64,000 bases of DNA from Squalus acanthias (taxonomy: Eukaryota): the NCBI GenBank assembly GCA_030390025.1, contig CM059431.1:134604001-134668000 (forward strand), written 5' to 3'. How positions within the stretch are numbered: position 1 is the stretch's first letter; each line of letters begins with the position of its first letter. The translations under genes and the position numbers were made by a program. Below are positions 11,192 through 22,746 of this stretch, in pieces. The notes under the pieces were generated by a model. That model made no database searches and was not told the DNA's origin. It saw only the letters and a program-made list of their open reading frames with translations.

Positions 11192-11924
11192 ACTGTGTCA
11201 ATCTTGAAATGGTTCATTGCTAATAAAATTACTCTGAGATGGAATCTGTTTACGTACTGCAGCAAAGATCACATATTCCCTGTGCTCAGACTTCCTCCTG
11301 GTGGTCTCATCACCATGTAAGGGAAGTGTCGCTAAGGCAAGTGGCAAAAAAAGTATCTGCAGCTACAGCCCGGTTAACGTGTTAGGTTTCTGTGCTCACC
11401 ACTACAGGATTCTGGATTATAACTACTTTTCATAACTTTACGAAAAGTGCAAATTCCACTGTATGTGCCCCATGAACAAATATGAGGTACCACAAAGGTG
11501 GCTATTGCGTTCAGGCAGACGTTAAGAAGTTAATGCTGAACTTATAACTTGGATCCCAAATAATTATGAACCATTCACTTGGATTGTAGTGAGCATGTCC
11601 AATGGAAGGGAGGCAATAGCTCAGTGCCATCCTGCCATGAGTGGGGCACCATGGAGGGAATCACCGGGTGTTGGAAGGAGCAATGGCGTGCTCTTTCTGG
11701 AGCCGTTCTGATTACAATTCTAGGGTGCCTGTGCAAAAGGCAATAAAAGCACTGGCTTTTTAGATGTGGTGGGTCACATCTGTCACTCAGCATGCTTAGC
11801 TAGCCCCTTTAGGACATTGCAAAATAGCTCACAGGTTTTGCTAATGCATCTTAAAGCTTTCCAGGGATGCTTTGGACTGGATGCCAACAGGTTAGTGTGT
11901 GAAAAGTACAACTCTATTAACTTC

Positions 11925-13930
11925 AACAACATCAACAACATGCATTTATATAAGGCCTTTAACATAGTAAAACATCCCAAGGTGCTTCACGAGAGTGTTA
12001 TCAAATAAAATTTGACACTAAGCCACACAAGGAGCTATTAGGCAGATGAAAGAGGTAGGTTTTAAGGAGCGTTTTAAGGAGCGTCTTAAAGGAGGAAAGA
12101 GAGGTAAAGAGGCGGAAAGGTTTAGGGAGGGAATTCCCGAGCTTAGGACCTTGGCAGCTGAAGGCATAGCCACCAATGGTGAAGAGATTAAAATTGGGGA
12201 TGCTCAAGAGGCCAGAATTGGAGGAGCGCAGAGATCTCAGAGGGTTGTGGGGCTGGAGTAGGTTACAGAGATAGGGAGGGGCGAGGCCATGGAGGGATTT
12301 GAAAACAAGGATGAGAATTTTAAAATCGAGGCGCTGCTTAACCGGGAGCCAATGTAGGTCAGCGAGCACAGGGGTGATGGGTGAACAGGACTTGCTGGTG
12401 ATTCTCTGGCTACGGCTGGATAGATAAGAATGGAACCAGGCGAGTGCAGTCCCAGACGTTGGAGGAGGATGGTGTGGTCAACCGTGTCAAAGGCTGCAGA
12501 CAGGTCGAGAAGGATGAGGATGGATAGTTTACCACAGTCACATAGGATGTAATTTGTGACTTTGATAAGAGCCGTTTCGGGGCTGTGGCAGGGACGGAAA
12601 CCTAATTGGAGGGATTCAAACAAGGAGTCCAGGAAAGATGGGCACGGATATGGGAGGTGACAGCACGTTCAAGGACTTGAGAGGAAAGGGTGGTTGGAGA
12701 TGGGGCAGTAGTTTGTAAGGACGGAGGGGTCAAGGGTTTTTTTTTGAGGAGAGGGTTGATGACAGCAGATTTGAATGGGAGGGGGACAGTACCTGAGGAG
12801 AGAGAAAAGTTATCTATCAGTTAACATGGGGGCCAGGAAGGGAAGTTGGGTGGCCAGCAGTTTAGTGGGAATAGGGTCAAAGGAGCAGGAGGTAGGTCTC
12901 ATGGACAAGATGAGCGCAGAGAGGGCATGAGGGGAGATAGGAGAGAAACTAGAGAAAGATGTGAGTTCAGGGTTAGGGCAGGGAGGAACCTTAGAGGAAG
13001 TTTCCCCTGGTGGGCTAGATGATGGGGGGAAAGCAGCAGAGGCAGCTGAACGGATGGTCTCAACCTTAGTGACAAAGAAGTCCATGAGCTTTTCACACTT
13101 GTTGTTGGAGGTGAGGGTGGAGGAGGCAGGGGAGAGATGTTTAAGAAGACGGTTTGTAGTACAGAAAAGAAACCTGGGGTTAGCTTTGCATCCCAGAATG
13201 ATCCTGGAATAGTGAGTAGTTTTGGCAGACGAGAACAGGAGCTGATAATGCTTTAAGTGGTCCAGCCAGATCTGGTGATGAATGGCTAAACCAGTTGTCC
13301 ACCATATACGTTCAAGTCAGTGTCCCTTGGGCTTAAGGGAGCGGAGATGAGGGCTGTACCAGGGGGAACGGCCAGGTTGAGAGAGAGTAATGGTTTTAAT
13401 GGGGACTACAGCATCATAGGTGGAGGTGAGGGAGTGGTTGCGCAGATCAGTAGCTGCAGAAATGTCGTGGTGAATGGAGGGCCAAAGGCGGGAGAGTTGA
13501 GATTTTGGTAGTGCAGTTGTAAGTGAATTGGGAGGTTTTTTTTCCGGGGCGGACACAGAGAAGTAGCGTTGGGAGGGGGAAGGCGGATGTGCATGGAGAA
13601 CGATATAAGGAAGTGATCAGAGATGGTCTTATCTGTGATTGACACGGTAGGAGTGGCGAGGCCATGTGAGATGGCAAGGTCAAGCGGGTGGCCGTGAACA
13701 TGGGTAGGGGAGTTTATATAGAGAGAGAGGTTAAGGGAGGTTTGGAGGCCAGTGAACTCGAGAGAGAGCATGATGAGTTGAGATGGAGGTTGAAATCACC
13801 GTGGATGAGAAGTCGCTCAGTGCAGAGGCTGAGGAAGGAAAGCAGTGAAGATATCTCGGTGAGAAAACTGGTATGGTACTTGGGTGGGCGGTAGAGAATG
13901 AGGATTTTAAATGAGAGGCGAGAGAGGTCT
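11925..13930 (-). mobile_element. L2-clade LINE, degenerate ORF2 (endonuclease and RT remnants) plus 3' tail
   Basis: [49 protein letters not shown]; tail TATATAAATGCA(TGT)n. Confidence 0.9.
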
Positions 13931-14154
13931 TCCTTTGAAAATCAGGCAGAAAGACTGACATTCTCAGCCATACAAGCTGGCACAAACACCATCCTCAGTA
14001 GCTAGACATTTCGCAAAAAAAGTCTTTCTGGGCTGGATACTACTCCAATTGCGTGGAATAAATTTACTCAGATGATTTTTGTCACAGTCTAAAAGGGGAT
14101 TATAACTGAAACCCGACCAATATATTGCCAGAAGACATATCCGCTAGACACATT

Positions 14155-14425
14155 GGCCAAGATTTTAATGCGGGAGGGGTGGGAACGGTGTGCACGAGCC
14201 CTGAAGTGGGCCGAGCCTCACTTCCATAAATTTTCTCCGACTCTCACCCGAACCTGGCCAGATCCACTACCTGGACAGCTGATGGGAGCAGGAATTGAGG
14301 CATAAGGAGGTTGTACCTAGGGAACAGTGGGTCCCATCAGTCAGGTTAAGTGGTGGGGGGGGAGGGGGGCTCTGGACGCGATCAAAGGGAGCCTGTGGCA
14401 AGGCACAGGAGTTAAAATTGGGTCC
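14155..14425. mobile_element. Short Harbinger-type MITE
   Basis: Termini GGCCAAGATTTTAA and TTAAAATTGGGTCC; TSD ATT. Confidence 0.7.
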
Positions 14426-14564
14426 ATTAAAACATTATTTAACCAGATTGCATATATAGGTACTCGCCACCCCGCAAACTAGGAAGCAGTTCTGGAATAC
14501 TGCTCATCAAATATGTACACTTTTAGTCTTCAGTCCTTCCTGCAAAGAACCAAGTAACAACCAA

Positions 14565-14720
14565 TTTTCCCCTTCCCTGACTCGGACGTGCTGAGACAGA
14601 CTGTAGCATCCCAACAACGACAGAAATCTGCTAACTCAGCACAGAGTTAAAACTGAATCTGGGACCTTCTGAACTGCATAGTTTAGTACTACACTAGTCA
14701 GTGCCTTTACCCATTAGGCT
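14565..14720 (-). mobile_element. Old SINE-like repeat, same family as 55815-56040
   Basis: Reverse complement AGAAGGTCCCAGATTCAG..CTGTGCTGAGTTAGCAGAT resembles 55831-55880. Confidence 0.4.
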
Positions 14721-14949
14721 GCAGGTTGAAAAGTGCTTACTCATCAGTTGCAGAAAAACTAGTTAACACAAAGACCGGCTTGCTGAATTTTCAGTACGCA
14801 TGAAATACACCTTCAAAGATTTCTACCATGTAGTAAGAATTACTGCACTTTTGTCCAGTGATCGACCACTGGTGATGAAACTAAGTAACAAATGTAACAT
14901 TCTACAGGTCTGTTTGGCACAATCGTAAAACTATTGAAGATGAAAATAT

Positions 14950-15077
14950 TGCAAGGGTGTGAGGAAAGAGCGGGGGGAGTGAGACTAACGGGATTGGTCT
15001 TCAAAAGAGCCGGTGCAAACTCGATGGGCCGAATGGCCTCTTTCTATGCTGCACTATTCTATGATTCTATGATTCTA
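14950..15077 (+). mobile_element. CR1 3' tail fragment
   Basis: GATGGGCCGAATGGCCTC hairpin and (TTCTATGA)n tail. Confidence 0.75.
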
Positions 15078-15387
15078 GAATTGCAGCAGCAAACTAGTAA
15101 TGAGACCAACTAGGATATTTAGACGAACCTATTCTAAATTAAACATTGAACATTCTTCACTGTCATATTGCAAAGGGTTGCAAATAAAGCAATTTACCAG
15201 ACATGCCAGTAAAAGAAAGGTTTCATATTTTTCATGGTGTTGATCTGCTTTTTTACATGTTGCAGAATTCGGCATTTTAATAAACAAACAACAAAATACC
15301 AATCTTTCTGGGTGAGTTGTAACTATAGAAACACTTAAAATGTATGTTGACTTTAATATAATGTTATAAAAACCTAAAATTACTAAC

Positions 15388-15594
15388 TTTAACAGCAAAT
15401 TCCAGAATTTTTGCTCCTGCTGCAAGTGCTTCTACAGTTTCCTCGTTGATCAGCTTAGTAATGAAGCTCCTTGCGCTATTTCCATTCTGTGTCAGAAGCG
15501 CTGCCCAAATAGCTCTTGCAATTGGAGTATTATCTTCCGTTACTTCAGCTGCATGATTATTTATGACTCCTATTCGGATATTGCTGCTTATTTT
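15388..15594 (-). CDS. UGGT2: UGGT2 internal coding exon (207 nt, 69 aa): KISSNIRIGVINNHAAE...AKILEFAVK
   Basis: Acceptor ttttatttcAG and donor AAA|GTTAGT, phase 0/0. UGGT-family thioredoxin-like region, collinear with the flanking exons. Confidence 0.92.
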
Positions 15595-16284
15595 CTGAAA
15601 TAAAAAGTGCAATTATTGTTGACACTTTCATAAACACCCTTTGAGATGTAGGAATTTTATTACTTTGCAAAGAATAACATTTCCATAATTGCATAGCATG
15701 ACATTTATTATTTGCCAAAAAAAATAAACTTCTGTTTTTTATTCATACCAACGTCCTTTCAAAACAATATTAAAGAGAGCTCTATACAGTTTTTTGGAAT
15801 AAGAATTGTGATACAAGAAGCTCTTTTGTAAAGTCTGCAACTTCTGAAATTGTCCAGCCAGTTTATATTTTTAGTCATCATTCATGTTGCAAACTGGCTC
15901 TTTCTTGTAGAAAGCAGCTACTCATCTGCAAGAAATTCATCATGCTAATGCCCCTTTAAATCTTTTTGTTTTCAATTCAGTTATTTACATAAAGAATTAA
16001 TTTGACTAAATAAAGCTAATATTTGAAAGTTTTACTAGACATAAATATTAATAAATTGATGCCACAGCTATTTTCCATTAAGTGCTCAGCATGCGTGGCA
16101 TAACTGGTAAATATTAGCACTGATAAACCACTTGTTTGGAATAAGCAACTATCTGGTAACATAATAGATTTTATGGTTATATTCACTTCACAAGGTTCCA
16201 TGGAAATAATCTGCCCATCAAAATGTATTGCCACAAACATGTTAACTCCACAAGCTTATTTCAGAATTAATTCAGAATTGAGGT

Positions 16285-16748
16285 GGCACCCTTGGCTCAG
16301 TGGTAGCACTCTTGCCTCTCAATCAGAAGGTTGTGGGTTCAAGCCCCACTCCAGAGACTTGAGCACATAATCCAGGCTGACATTTCAGTGCAGTAATGAG
16401 GGAGAGCTGCACTGTCAGAGGTGACGTCTTTCAGATGAGGTGTTAAACAGTGTCTGCCGACTGTCAGATGGATGTACAATTTCCCACAGCAGTATTTGCA
16501 GAAGAACAAGGGAGTTCTCCCCACTGTTCTGACCAATATTTATCTCTCAACCGTCACCTAAAACAGATGTACTGGCCATTTATTTCATTGCTGTTTATGG
16601 GACCTTGGTGTGCAGAAATTTGCAATTCGGCTGCCACGTTTCTGACAGTACAAGAGTGACTACACTTCCAAAGCACTTCATTGGATGTAGAGCACTTTCG
16701 AACGTCCTGGGGTCATGAAAGGCGCTGTATAAAGTTCGTTCTTCCTTC
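16285..16748 (+). mobile_element. tRNA-derived SINE, Deu-domain/SacSINE1-like, near full length
   Basis: Box A TGGCTCAGTGG (16293), box B GGTTCAAGCC (16336), central domain shared with 22535-25122, L2-like tail. Family name is from recall. Confidence 0.8.
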
Positions 16749-16976
16749 ATTATAATGATTCCATAAATCACAGACTTGCATAAAAATGTCTATCCATTTC
16801 AATTCCTTTCAAATCAACCAGAACTAGTTTTGAAAAAGTGATGAGATTGTGCAGAATGACAGTGAAAGTAGAATGCAAGAGAAGAGGAGCAGGACCAAGT
16901 GAAAATATTCTGATGGGAAACAAGCCTCGGAGGGTATTCACGAACTAGACTGAGACACAGGACGTGCCAAGACATC

Positions 16977-17395
16977 GGGCTGGATTTTGCCGGTGCTCAG
17001 AGGGTGGGTTTGGCGGCGGGTGCGCTGTCAAAATAGCAAAGTTTGACCGGGTAGGAAACCCGCTGTCAACCCGCCTCCACGCGAGTCTCCCAGGTGTCGG
17101 GTCTGTCTGCGCAGAACTGACCCGACACCAAACGACGGGGGAGACAATTTATATAATTAAATGGCTTGTTAAAAGCCAATTTAATGCTATTTTGAGCCTA
17201 CCTTCTAATTTTACATGCCCCCCCACGGGTTACCCACTACTCGAGGAACACGCCAGCTCACCCTGTCATGAGTTGAGTTTGCTTTGATGTTTCTGATAAG
17301 CGGACAGCTGCAGAAGTGGTGTAAAGGATGCCATGTTGCAGATGGTCAGTTTCAGATCTCAGAAACTGTTGGTTACTGCATTTGTAAGACATATA
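16977..17395. mobile_element. Harbinger terminal fragment
   Basis: Starts GGGCTGGATTTTG; resembles the reverse complement of 38130-38328. No matching second TIR found. Confidence 0.55.
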
Positions 17396-18095
17396 GGGGG
17401 CTAAATTTGGTTGATTTGCGCATCCCTAAGAGGGCGCTAACGGGGCGCAAATCAACTAGTGCCTGGGCGCGGCGCTGCTAACGCCTCCCACGAAATTCAG
17501 CGGGAGGTTAGCAGTGGCGCTAACCATTAGCACTGCGCGGCGCTGCGCCGCCGGCGATGATGTCATCGCCTTGCGCAGCGCCCCGGCTGTAATATTGGGT
17601 GGCGTCCCCCGACTTACCGCCGGACGCTATGTCCGCAGGGGTCAGGGGGGCCTACCTGCAGCCGGGGCGACGCTAGTTAAAGGGGAGGTGGCGGGCGGCC
17701 ATTTTTGTTGCTGGCCGTCTGCCAGCACCTACCCCCGTTGCCGTCCCTGGCCCCTGTGAAGCCCCCCCACGGGGTACTGGCTGCTCTCCGTGAGCCTGGC
17801 ACTCCTCTTGAGTAACGGGCTCGTTTGCCGGCACTCCCAATCCCTGGTGGCCCAGCTGGGCGCGGGACACGCTGCGCCAGGCCCCTCCACTTTAATAAGG
17901 GGAGGAAGGCCTGCAGTACTGCGGCGCGATGTGCTGCAGCGTAGCACCGCGATATTGTCTTGCAGCGCCCCAAGAGGGATGCGGGGCGCTTCCAGTAGTG
18001 CCCCTCCTCCCTCTCGGGGAGCTACCTGGGAAAATCGGCCGTGGGGCGCTAACTTTTTCGGGGCGCAAAGGGGACGCTACCCAATTTTTACCCCC
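17396..18095. mobile_element. GC/CpG-rich Harbinger-type MITE
   Basis: Termini GGGGGCTAAATTTGG and CCAATTTTTACCCCC. Repeated GCGCTAA motifs as at 22000 and 62300. No clean TSD. Confidence 0.7.
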
Positions 18096-18475
18096 TGATG
18101 TCCTGGCATTGCATCTGCAGCTGCGACCCATCAGGCTCGGTGGCTCCATTGAGAGCAAACAATTCTGAGGAATATCAGAGTGACTTAATCTAAAACTTTG
18201 GGTTTAAATTTTTTCTTTCCTTTCAAATTTCTCTCTGTCCAGATAGTTAGATTGGACATGGTTCAAAGATCTTTATGAACTTGTCTTAATCCTTTGTCTA
18301 ATCTGACAAGTTGTTACTGTTTTTTCTGAGTCACCGTTCATAGATTCCTGGTAGAATGTATATTGTAATTTTTTATTGAGTTAGACAGATATTGTGATTA
18401 ATGGTGTATTGGTTTGTTTATTTAATTAATACTGTTAATATTCTTGTATCAAAATTTTGATATTATAAAAGTATA

Positions 18476-18637
18476 GGGAGTAATTTTAAGCTAACCTACC
18501 CAACAGGAACTGATGGGATTGGATCAACTGTCTGTTTGACACCCCACTAGATTTTACTTTGCATTGACGGGCTGTGAAACAGGCATCTGAACTGATCCCG
18601 TCAGTTTTCTGCCGGACGGGTTGGGTTAAAATTACCC
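18476..18637. mobile_element. 162-bp MITE
   Basis: Termini GGGAGTAATTTTAAGCTAACC and GGTTGGGTTAAAATTACCC; TSD ATA. Confidence 0.7.
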
Positions 18638-18999
18638 ATACAGAATTTGCTATGTATATGTAAATTTTGTTGCAACTTTTCATATTCTTAAGATACCTTA
18701 AGCAGTTGATCCTGTGTGTGTGTAACACTTTAATATCATTAAGCCATGGTTCTTGTCTATTTCCATTAAAATAGTTTATATGGAGGGTCACAGCATTCAA
18801 TAAATATTTCATTGTTTAACTGCGCTGTCAGAGTTGTGAGAAGGAGAGCAATTAATTTTGGAACCATAGTAGTTTAAAGCAAGTAAGGAGGCCATTTAGC
18901 CCATTGTGCCAATGCTGGCTCTTTGCAAAACTAATCCCACTGTCCTGCTATCTCATTTTAGATGATTAGTTTCAGGGATTTAAGAGTACTTGAGGAAAG

Positions 19000-20290
19000 A
19001 GGAGATGTGTGTATAAATGTTGCATAAAGATTTCAAAATAAATCAGAAGACTGGACAGAATATAAAAAATAGCAAAGAATGACTAAAAGATTAATAAGGA
19101 TAGAAAAATTAGAGTACGAGAGAAAGCTAGCTAGAAATACAAAAACAGATAGTAAGAGTTTCTATAGATATTTAAAAAAGAAGAATTAACAAAGTGAGCG
19201 TTGGTCCTATAGAAAGTGAGTCTGGGGAATTAATAATGGAAAATAAGGAGATGGCAGTTGAATTGAACAGGTATTTTTTTTGCATCGGTCTTCACTATAG
19301 AGGATACAAGTAACATCCCAGAAATAGCTGTAAATCAGGAAATGGAAGGGAGGGAGGAACTCAAGAAAATTACAATCACCAGGGAAGTGGTACTGAGCAA
19401 ATTGGTGGAGCTGCGGGCTGACAAGTCCCCGGGTTCTGATGGACTTCATCCTAGGATCTTAAAAGAAGTGGCTAGTGAGATAGTTGATGTGTTGGTTTTA
19501 ATTTTCCAAAATTCCCTAGATTCGGGGAAGGTTCCATTAGATTGGAAAATAGCGAATGTAACTCCTTTATTCAAAAAGGGAGGGAGACAGAAAGCAGGAA
19601 ACTACAGGCCAGTTAGCTTAACATCTGTCATAGGGAAGATGTTAGAAACTATTATTAAAGACGTTACAGCAGGGCACTTAGAGAAGTTCAAGGTAATCAG
19701 GCAGAGTCAACATGGTTTTGTGAAAGGGAAATCATGTTTAACTAATTTATTGGAGTTCTTTGAGGAAGTAACATGTGCTGTGGATAAAAGGGAACCGGTG
19801 GATGTACTGTACTTAGATTTCCAGAAGGCATTTGATAAGATGCCACATTAAAGGTTATTGCGGAAAATAAAAGCTCATGGTGTAGGGGGTAACATATTGG
19901 CATGGATAGAAGATTGGCTAGCTAACAGGAAACAGAGAGTAGGCATAAATGGATCATTTTCTGGTTGGCAAGATGTAATGAGTGGTGTGCCACAGGGATC
20001 AGTGCTGGGGCCTCGACTTGGATGAAGGGTCCGAAGGTATGGTTGCTAAATTTGCAGATGACACAAAGATAGGTAGGAAAGTAAATTGTGAAGAGGACAT
20101 AAGGAGGCTACAAAGGGATATAGATAGGTTAAGTGAGTGGGCAAAGATCTGGCAAATGGAGTATAATGTGGGAAAATGTGAAATTGTCCATTTTGGCAGG
20201 AAGAATAAAAAAGAAGCATATTATCTAAGTGGTGAGAGATTGCAGAGCTCTGAGATGCAGAGGGATCTGGGTGTCCTCGTGCATGAATCA
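19000..20290 (+). mobile_element. CR1 ORF2 internal fragment (RT)
   Basis: DKSPGSDGLHPRILKE..NYRPVSLTS..YLDFQKAFDK..KFADDTKIG; stops and deletions. Confidence 0.9.
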
Positions 20291-20450
20291 CAGCATCACA
20301 TTTCTGTTTGTGGGAGCTTGCTGTGTGCAAATTGGCTGCCGCGTTTCCCACATTACAACAGTGACTACACATGAAAAGTATTTAATTGACTGCAAAGTGC
20401 TTTGGGAGCTTCTGATATCATGAAAGGTGCTGTATAAATAAGTCTTCCTT
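20291..20450 (+). mobile_element. 3' half of a Deu-type SINE abutting the CR1 fragment
   Basis: Matches 16580-16740 and 24975-25120. Confidence 0.75.
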
Positions 20451-21369
20451 TTGATTTTACAATAGTCAAGGTGCCCTTTCTTCCTACAGTTTTTCACATT
20501 TTAGAGGACAAATATTCTAACATACCTCAACCATATCAATCCTCCAATCTTCCTAGCCACTGTTACATTGGTCAGGACTGCAGTTTAGTACACACACTTT
20601 TTCCATGACCTAGGTGTGGCAGCATACCAAATATAAGTTTTATTTCATCTGTTATATTTCTCCGTATTATGGAAGCAATAGACTGTATTTAGTTAAACAT
20701 CCAACTAATTTCTCAAAGTTTGAACACAAGAATGAGAAAAACTATTTGGCCATCTAGCTTTGCTTAATATTTAGGTCACACACCATTTTCAGACAGCTCC
20801 TCTTTGGCATCATCTATATCTGTCTACGGTCATGAATCAATATTCAGGTCACATCATTTGTGAAGAAATGCTTCAACAAGTCTCAATTCACCCTGACAGG
20901 TGGTAGACTATTCCACAAGTTAACAATGCATGTGTGAAGCTGTTTCCATTGCAGAGATGCCTTTAAGCTCCACTTCTGGCAGCATTTTGAAGCATATAAA
21001 TGAAGCTATAAAAGATCTACTTCATTGAAAAGTACATATAATGAGGATGTGCTGCATTATTTTTAATAGATCACCATAGGTTATTGGACAGCTCATATTG
21101 GACTTGAAAATGGTATGTTTCAACATCCTCTCCCTGAAATTCTACAAAAATGGTGGCTTGGTAACAAGATAAGGAGGGATGAGGAAATTCATTTGATCAA
21201 TTGCGAGGTCCCGCGCAGGCCGTTCACCAGCGCTGCCGCTGCCGCTGGAAGAGATACCGTGCCTGCGCGGCCGCACATCAAATTTACAGGGCCTGCGCAG
21301 GAAAAAAATTAGAGGGAACATTGGTGATAAAGTCCTCCCAGTGTACATCCAATTGTTTCTTAAATGATC

Positions 21370-22046
21370 CTAGGGGCAGCCAGGCGCTAATCCTTTCCAA
21401 CTTATAAAAAATTTGGGGTTTGCGCTCCAGGAAGGAAGTGGTGCGCTAAATCAAGCTCTCCACTTCCTTCCTGGAGCGCAGCAGGCGGGACGGTAGGTGT
21501 GCAGCGCTGCACAATGGGTCGTGCAGCACTGCCGCGTCGGAAGGCTCCTTCCCTCCCTTAAAGGGAAGGGTCATCGCTGCAGGCTCTGCAAGGGAAAGCA
21601 ACTTACCTGGTCCCCGACGGCAGTCGCGATCCAGCCCGATGCTCTGCAGCAGAGTGCCGGGCTGATCGAGCACTGGGGGAAAAAAAGCAAAAAAACCAGT
21701 ACGAGCATTTGAGTTTTTTTTCCTACCTCGGCCACCTCGCCTTTAAGTATGGCCCCCGAAGCGTCCGACCTCCCAATGAACACCTCCTGCAGCTGCCGGT
21801 GCTTTCGCCCGGTGATGCTACAGGGAGCGAAACCGAAGTTCGGGACCGGGGCGATGCGCACAGCGATGACATCACGATCTCTGGGCGAAGGAGATTGAGG
21901 CGCAATGCCATACTGCCTGCCGCAAACCTCCCGCCGAATTTAGCGGGAGGCGATATTCTCGCTGCGCCCGGGTGGTAAGTGGTTAACACCCCGTTATCGC
22001 CCCCCGGAGGCGCTAACAGGGCGCTAACCAGCCGAATTTCTCGCCC
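21370..22046. mobile_element. GC-rich MITE related to 17396-18095, opposite orientation; left boundary uncertain
   Basis: Right end GAATTTCTCGCCC; subterminal CTCCCGCCGAATTTAGCGGGAG palindrome also seen near 17485-17510. Confidence 0.55.
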
Positions 22047-22746
22047 TTAGAGTTATCACTTCCCTACTCTATGGGGAAGTCTACAGAACAAGTTGATCAT
22101 TCAGTCGTAAATTTACTTTTTACTAGTTTGAACATATGTCTCTTCACTCTACACTTGCAATTGAATTTAAATATTCTGGGATTCAAATTTTCCAATCCCA
22201 TAAATTAAATTTATATATCTCTATAAGGTCACCCCAGAGATGCCTTCTTTTCAAACCCTCTACTTTTGTGCCATCCACAATTTTGAGATTGTGTTCCGTA
22301 ATTCAAATTGAAATTATCTATATAGACCGAGAACAAAAGCGAACCCAGCACTGACCCTTGGAGCACACCACTTCTAACCTTTCTCAATCCACACACCATT
22401 TACCCTAATTCTTGGTTTCTTGTCTGTCAATCAACTTTGCATCAATACTGCTACATTTCCCCATACCATACATTTTTCTCTTGAGACACCTTATCAAACA
22501 TCTTCTGAAAATGTTTATACAGTACATCTTAGCAGTGTTAGCTGTGGCTCAGTGGTAGCACTCTCGCCTCTGAGTCAGAAGGTTGTGGGTTCAAGCACAT
22601 CTTTCAGGTGAGATGTTAAACCAAGGCCCCGACTACTCGCTTGGGTGGAACCAAGATATCCAATGGTACTATTTCGAAGAGGAGGAGGGGCGTTCAACAC
22701 AGTGTTCTGATAAATATTTATCCCTAATCAACATCACTGAAATAGA

